Notes under the pieces: model-generated | What the model was told of the DNA's origin: nothing | The model's database searches: none | What the model saw: the letters and a program-made list of their open reading frames with translations, nothing else | Shown: piece after piece, positions 62,485 to 64,000 of the stretch | Position numbering within the stretch: the first letter of the stretch is position 1 | Layout of the letters: each line of letters opens with the position of its first letter | Program-made: the position numbers and the translations under genes | Source: Patescibacteria group bacterium | GTDB taxonomy: Bacteria > Patescibacteriota > JABMPQ01 > JAQVVF01 | Assembly (NCBI GenBank): GCA_041662665.1 | Contig: JBAZSC010000001.1 | Span: forward strand, 385,511 to 449,510 | Direction of reading: 5' to 3' | DNA: 64,000 bases

Positions 62485-63525
62485 ATGCCAACAAAAAAAA
62501 TATCAATTCTAATATTTCTACTGGCATCAGTGATGTTAACAGGTTCAGCTTGCAATAAACCAAAAGATTTGTTTATTTACAAGACAGTTGATTCCGGCAA
62601 GAATTGGGAACAAAAAGCTGTATCAGAAAATAAAAAGTCATTAGCAACATTTAGTGTACTTTGCATTGCCATTGATAAAAATAATCCAAACAATATTGTC
62701 ATTGGAACTCTAGGCAACGGAATTATGAAGAGTCAAAATGCTGGCGATACTTGGCAACAAACTTCTTTGAAGCAAGGAACGATTAATGCAGTTGCAATTA
62801 ATCCAAAAGATAGTAATGTTATTTACGCTGGAGGAAGTATCGGAACATTAGGAAAAATGTACAAGAGTACAGATGCTGGAGCAAATTTCAACGAAATATA
62901 TTCTGAAACTCACGCAAAAATTGACGTTATGAGTATTCTAGTTGATCATTTTAATCCAAAAATAATTTATGCAGGTTTGACTAATGGCGGATTTCTAAAA
63001 AGCTCTGATTCCGGCAACAGCTGGCTTGCAACTAACTGGTTTTCAGGCCCAGTTGCGACAATGGAAATGAGTCCAAAAGATTCTCGCAAAATTTATGTTG
63101 CAATCAAGGGCAGATTCGCTTATGTAACAAAAGATGGTGGAAAAACTTGGAAAGATTTGAAAGATAGTTTAGTCGATTTTCGCGGTGCTAATTTAATTAC
63201 TGCAATTCAATTTGATCCAAGAGATGATCGTATCATTTATCTAGGATCGCACTATGGCGTTACAAAATCTATAGATGACGGAAAAAAATGGATTGATACA
63301 GGATTATTATTAGATCCAGGAAAATTTACAAATGTGGCAATGGCAGTTAGTCCAAAAAGCCCAGAAATAATTTATGTCGGAGTTGATACTACAATTCATA
63401 AATCAGTTGACGGAGGAAAAAATTGGAATGTAAAAAAAATTACAAATAATGTAATAACTAGTTTAGTAATCGATCCAAAAAATACGCAAAATGTTTATAC
63501 TGGCATAATGGCAGTAAAACAATAG
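62485..63525 (+). CDS. BNR/Asp-box repeat beta-propeller protein (Ycf48/sialidase-like), probable lipoprotein
   Basis: Seven S/TxDxGxxW Asp-box repeats (DSGKNW, AGDTW, DAGANF, DSGNSW, DGGKTW, DDGKKW, DGGKNW). Signal peptide ending in the lipobox-like LTGSAC. Confidence 0.6.
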   Translation: MPTKKISILIFLLASVMLTGSACNKPKDLFIYKTVDSGKNWEQKAVSENKKSLATFSVLCIAIDKNNPNNIVIGTLGNGIMKSQNAGDTWQQTSLKQGTINAVAINPKDSNVIYAGGSIGTLGKMYKSTDAGANFNEIYSETHAKIDVMSILVDHFNPKIIYAGLTNGGFLKSSDSGNSWLATNWFSGPVATMEMSPKDSRKIYVAIKGRFAYVTKDGGKTWKDLKDSLVDFRGANLITAIQFDPRDDRIIYLGSHYGVTKSIDDGKKWIDTGLLLDPGKFTNVAMAVSPKSPEIIYVGVDTTIHKSVDGGKNWNVKKITNNVITSLVIDPKNTQNVYTGIMAVKQ

Positions 63526-63557
63526 ATAACTAAATTTTATAAAATAATTCAAAAAAT

Positions 63558-64000
63558 ATGCCTAATCAAATTATCAATCAAGCAAAGAAAAATATGGATG
63601 AATCTCTAGATTTTATGCAAAATGAATTAAGGAAATTCAAAACTGGCCGTGCTCAATCTGCATTGGTTGAAGATATTCTAGTCGAATATTATGGAACCAA
63701 GACTCCATTAAAACAAATTGCGACAATTAGTGTTCCTGAGCCAGCAATGATCTCAATTTCTCCATTTGATAAAAATTCAATTAAATCTATCGAAAAAGCA
63801 ATTTCAGAATCAAAGCTTAATTTAACTACTAGCAGTGATGGTCAAATCATCAGAATAAAAATTCCTCCATTGACAGAAGAGAGAAGACAAGAATTGGCTC
63901 AAGTTTTGAATCAAAAAGTCGAAGAAGTAAAAGTCTCAATCAGAAGCACTCGCGAAGAAACAATGAAAAAGCTTAAAGATATGGAATCTGCAAAACAAAT
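63558..64000 (+). CDS. frr: Ribosome recycling factor, 3'-truncated by window edge
   Basis: MPNQIINQAKKNMDESLDFMQNELRKFKTGRA...VPEPAMISISPFD, the RRF signature. Confidence 0.85.
   Translation, partial: MPNQIINQAKKNMDESLDFMQNELRKFKTGRAQSALVEDILVEYYGTKTPLKQIATISVPEPAMISISPFDKNSIKSIEKAISESKLNLTTSSDGQIIRIKIPPLTEERRQELAQVLNQKVEEVKVSIRSTREETMKKLKDMESAKQ

Overview
AT-rich bacterial chromosomal segment, roughly 30-35% GC by eye. Gene content and style suggest a small-genome Patescibacteria/CPR-like organism: conserved housekeeping genes without Shine-Dalgarno sequences, many large secreted or cell-surface repeat proteins, a sigma-70 region-4-only protein and a short AlaRS.

Core content, in order:
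- mltG (5' partial)
- rplJ-rplL with a leader attenuator
- dcw cluster mraZ-rsmH-ftsL-ftsI-murF with MraZ TGGGA direct repeats
- a sensor histidine kinase and a receiver-only response regulator
- CIRCE-hrcA-grpE-dnaK-dnaJ
- tRNA-Glu plus a degenerate tRNA-like copy, and tRNA-Lys
- mnmA, alaS, a GNAT acetyltransferase, ftsA
- infA-rpmJ-rpsM-rpsK-rpsD-rpoA-rplQ and rplM-rpsI
- murA, mreB, a GT4 glycosyltransferase, holB, frr (3' partial)

Accessory and unusual content:
1. Three tandem minus-strand genes (two CsrA-like proteins with an apparently duplicated CsrA fold, plus a small membrane protein). Each carries a strong GGAGG Shine-Dalgarno and the same terminator-promoter cassette.
2. About ten scattered small orphan genes, modestly GC-richer and with strong SDs, in a genome whose core genes have none.
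3. A cluster of giant surface proteins. One combines LamG, FN3, SGNH-esterase and CHB_HEX-like domains, with a G9 homopolymer at its 5' end. Another is a 1427-aa mosaic with internal TM segments. It is followed by a protein made of three near-identical 80-aa repeats. Three surface paralogs share a Lys-rich C-terminal domain.
4. A recently duplicated tandem gene pair with divergent C-termini.
5. A tRNA-Lys-adjacent islet with GC-rich 8-mer tandem repeats flanking an orphan gene.
6. A membrane protein plus a TraD/VirD4/HerA-like ATPase pair.
7. A pervasive family of AT-rich palindromic intergenic elements.

No CRISPR array, rRNA, transposase or integrase was recognised.
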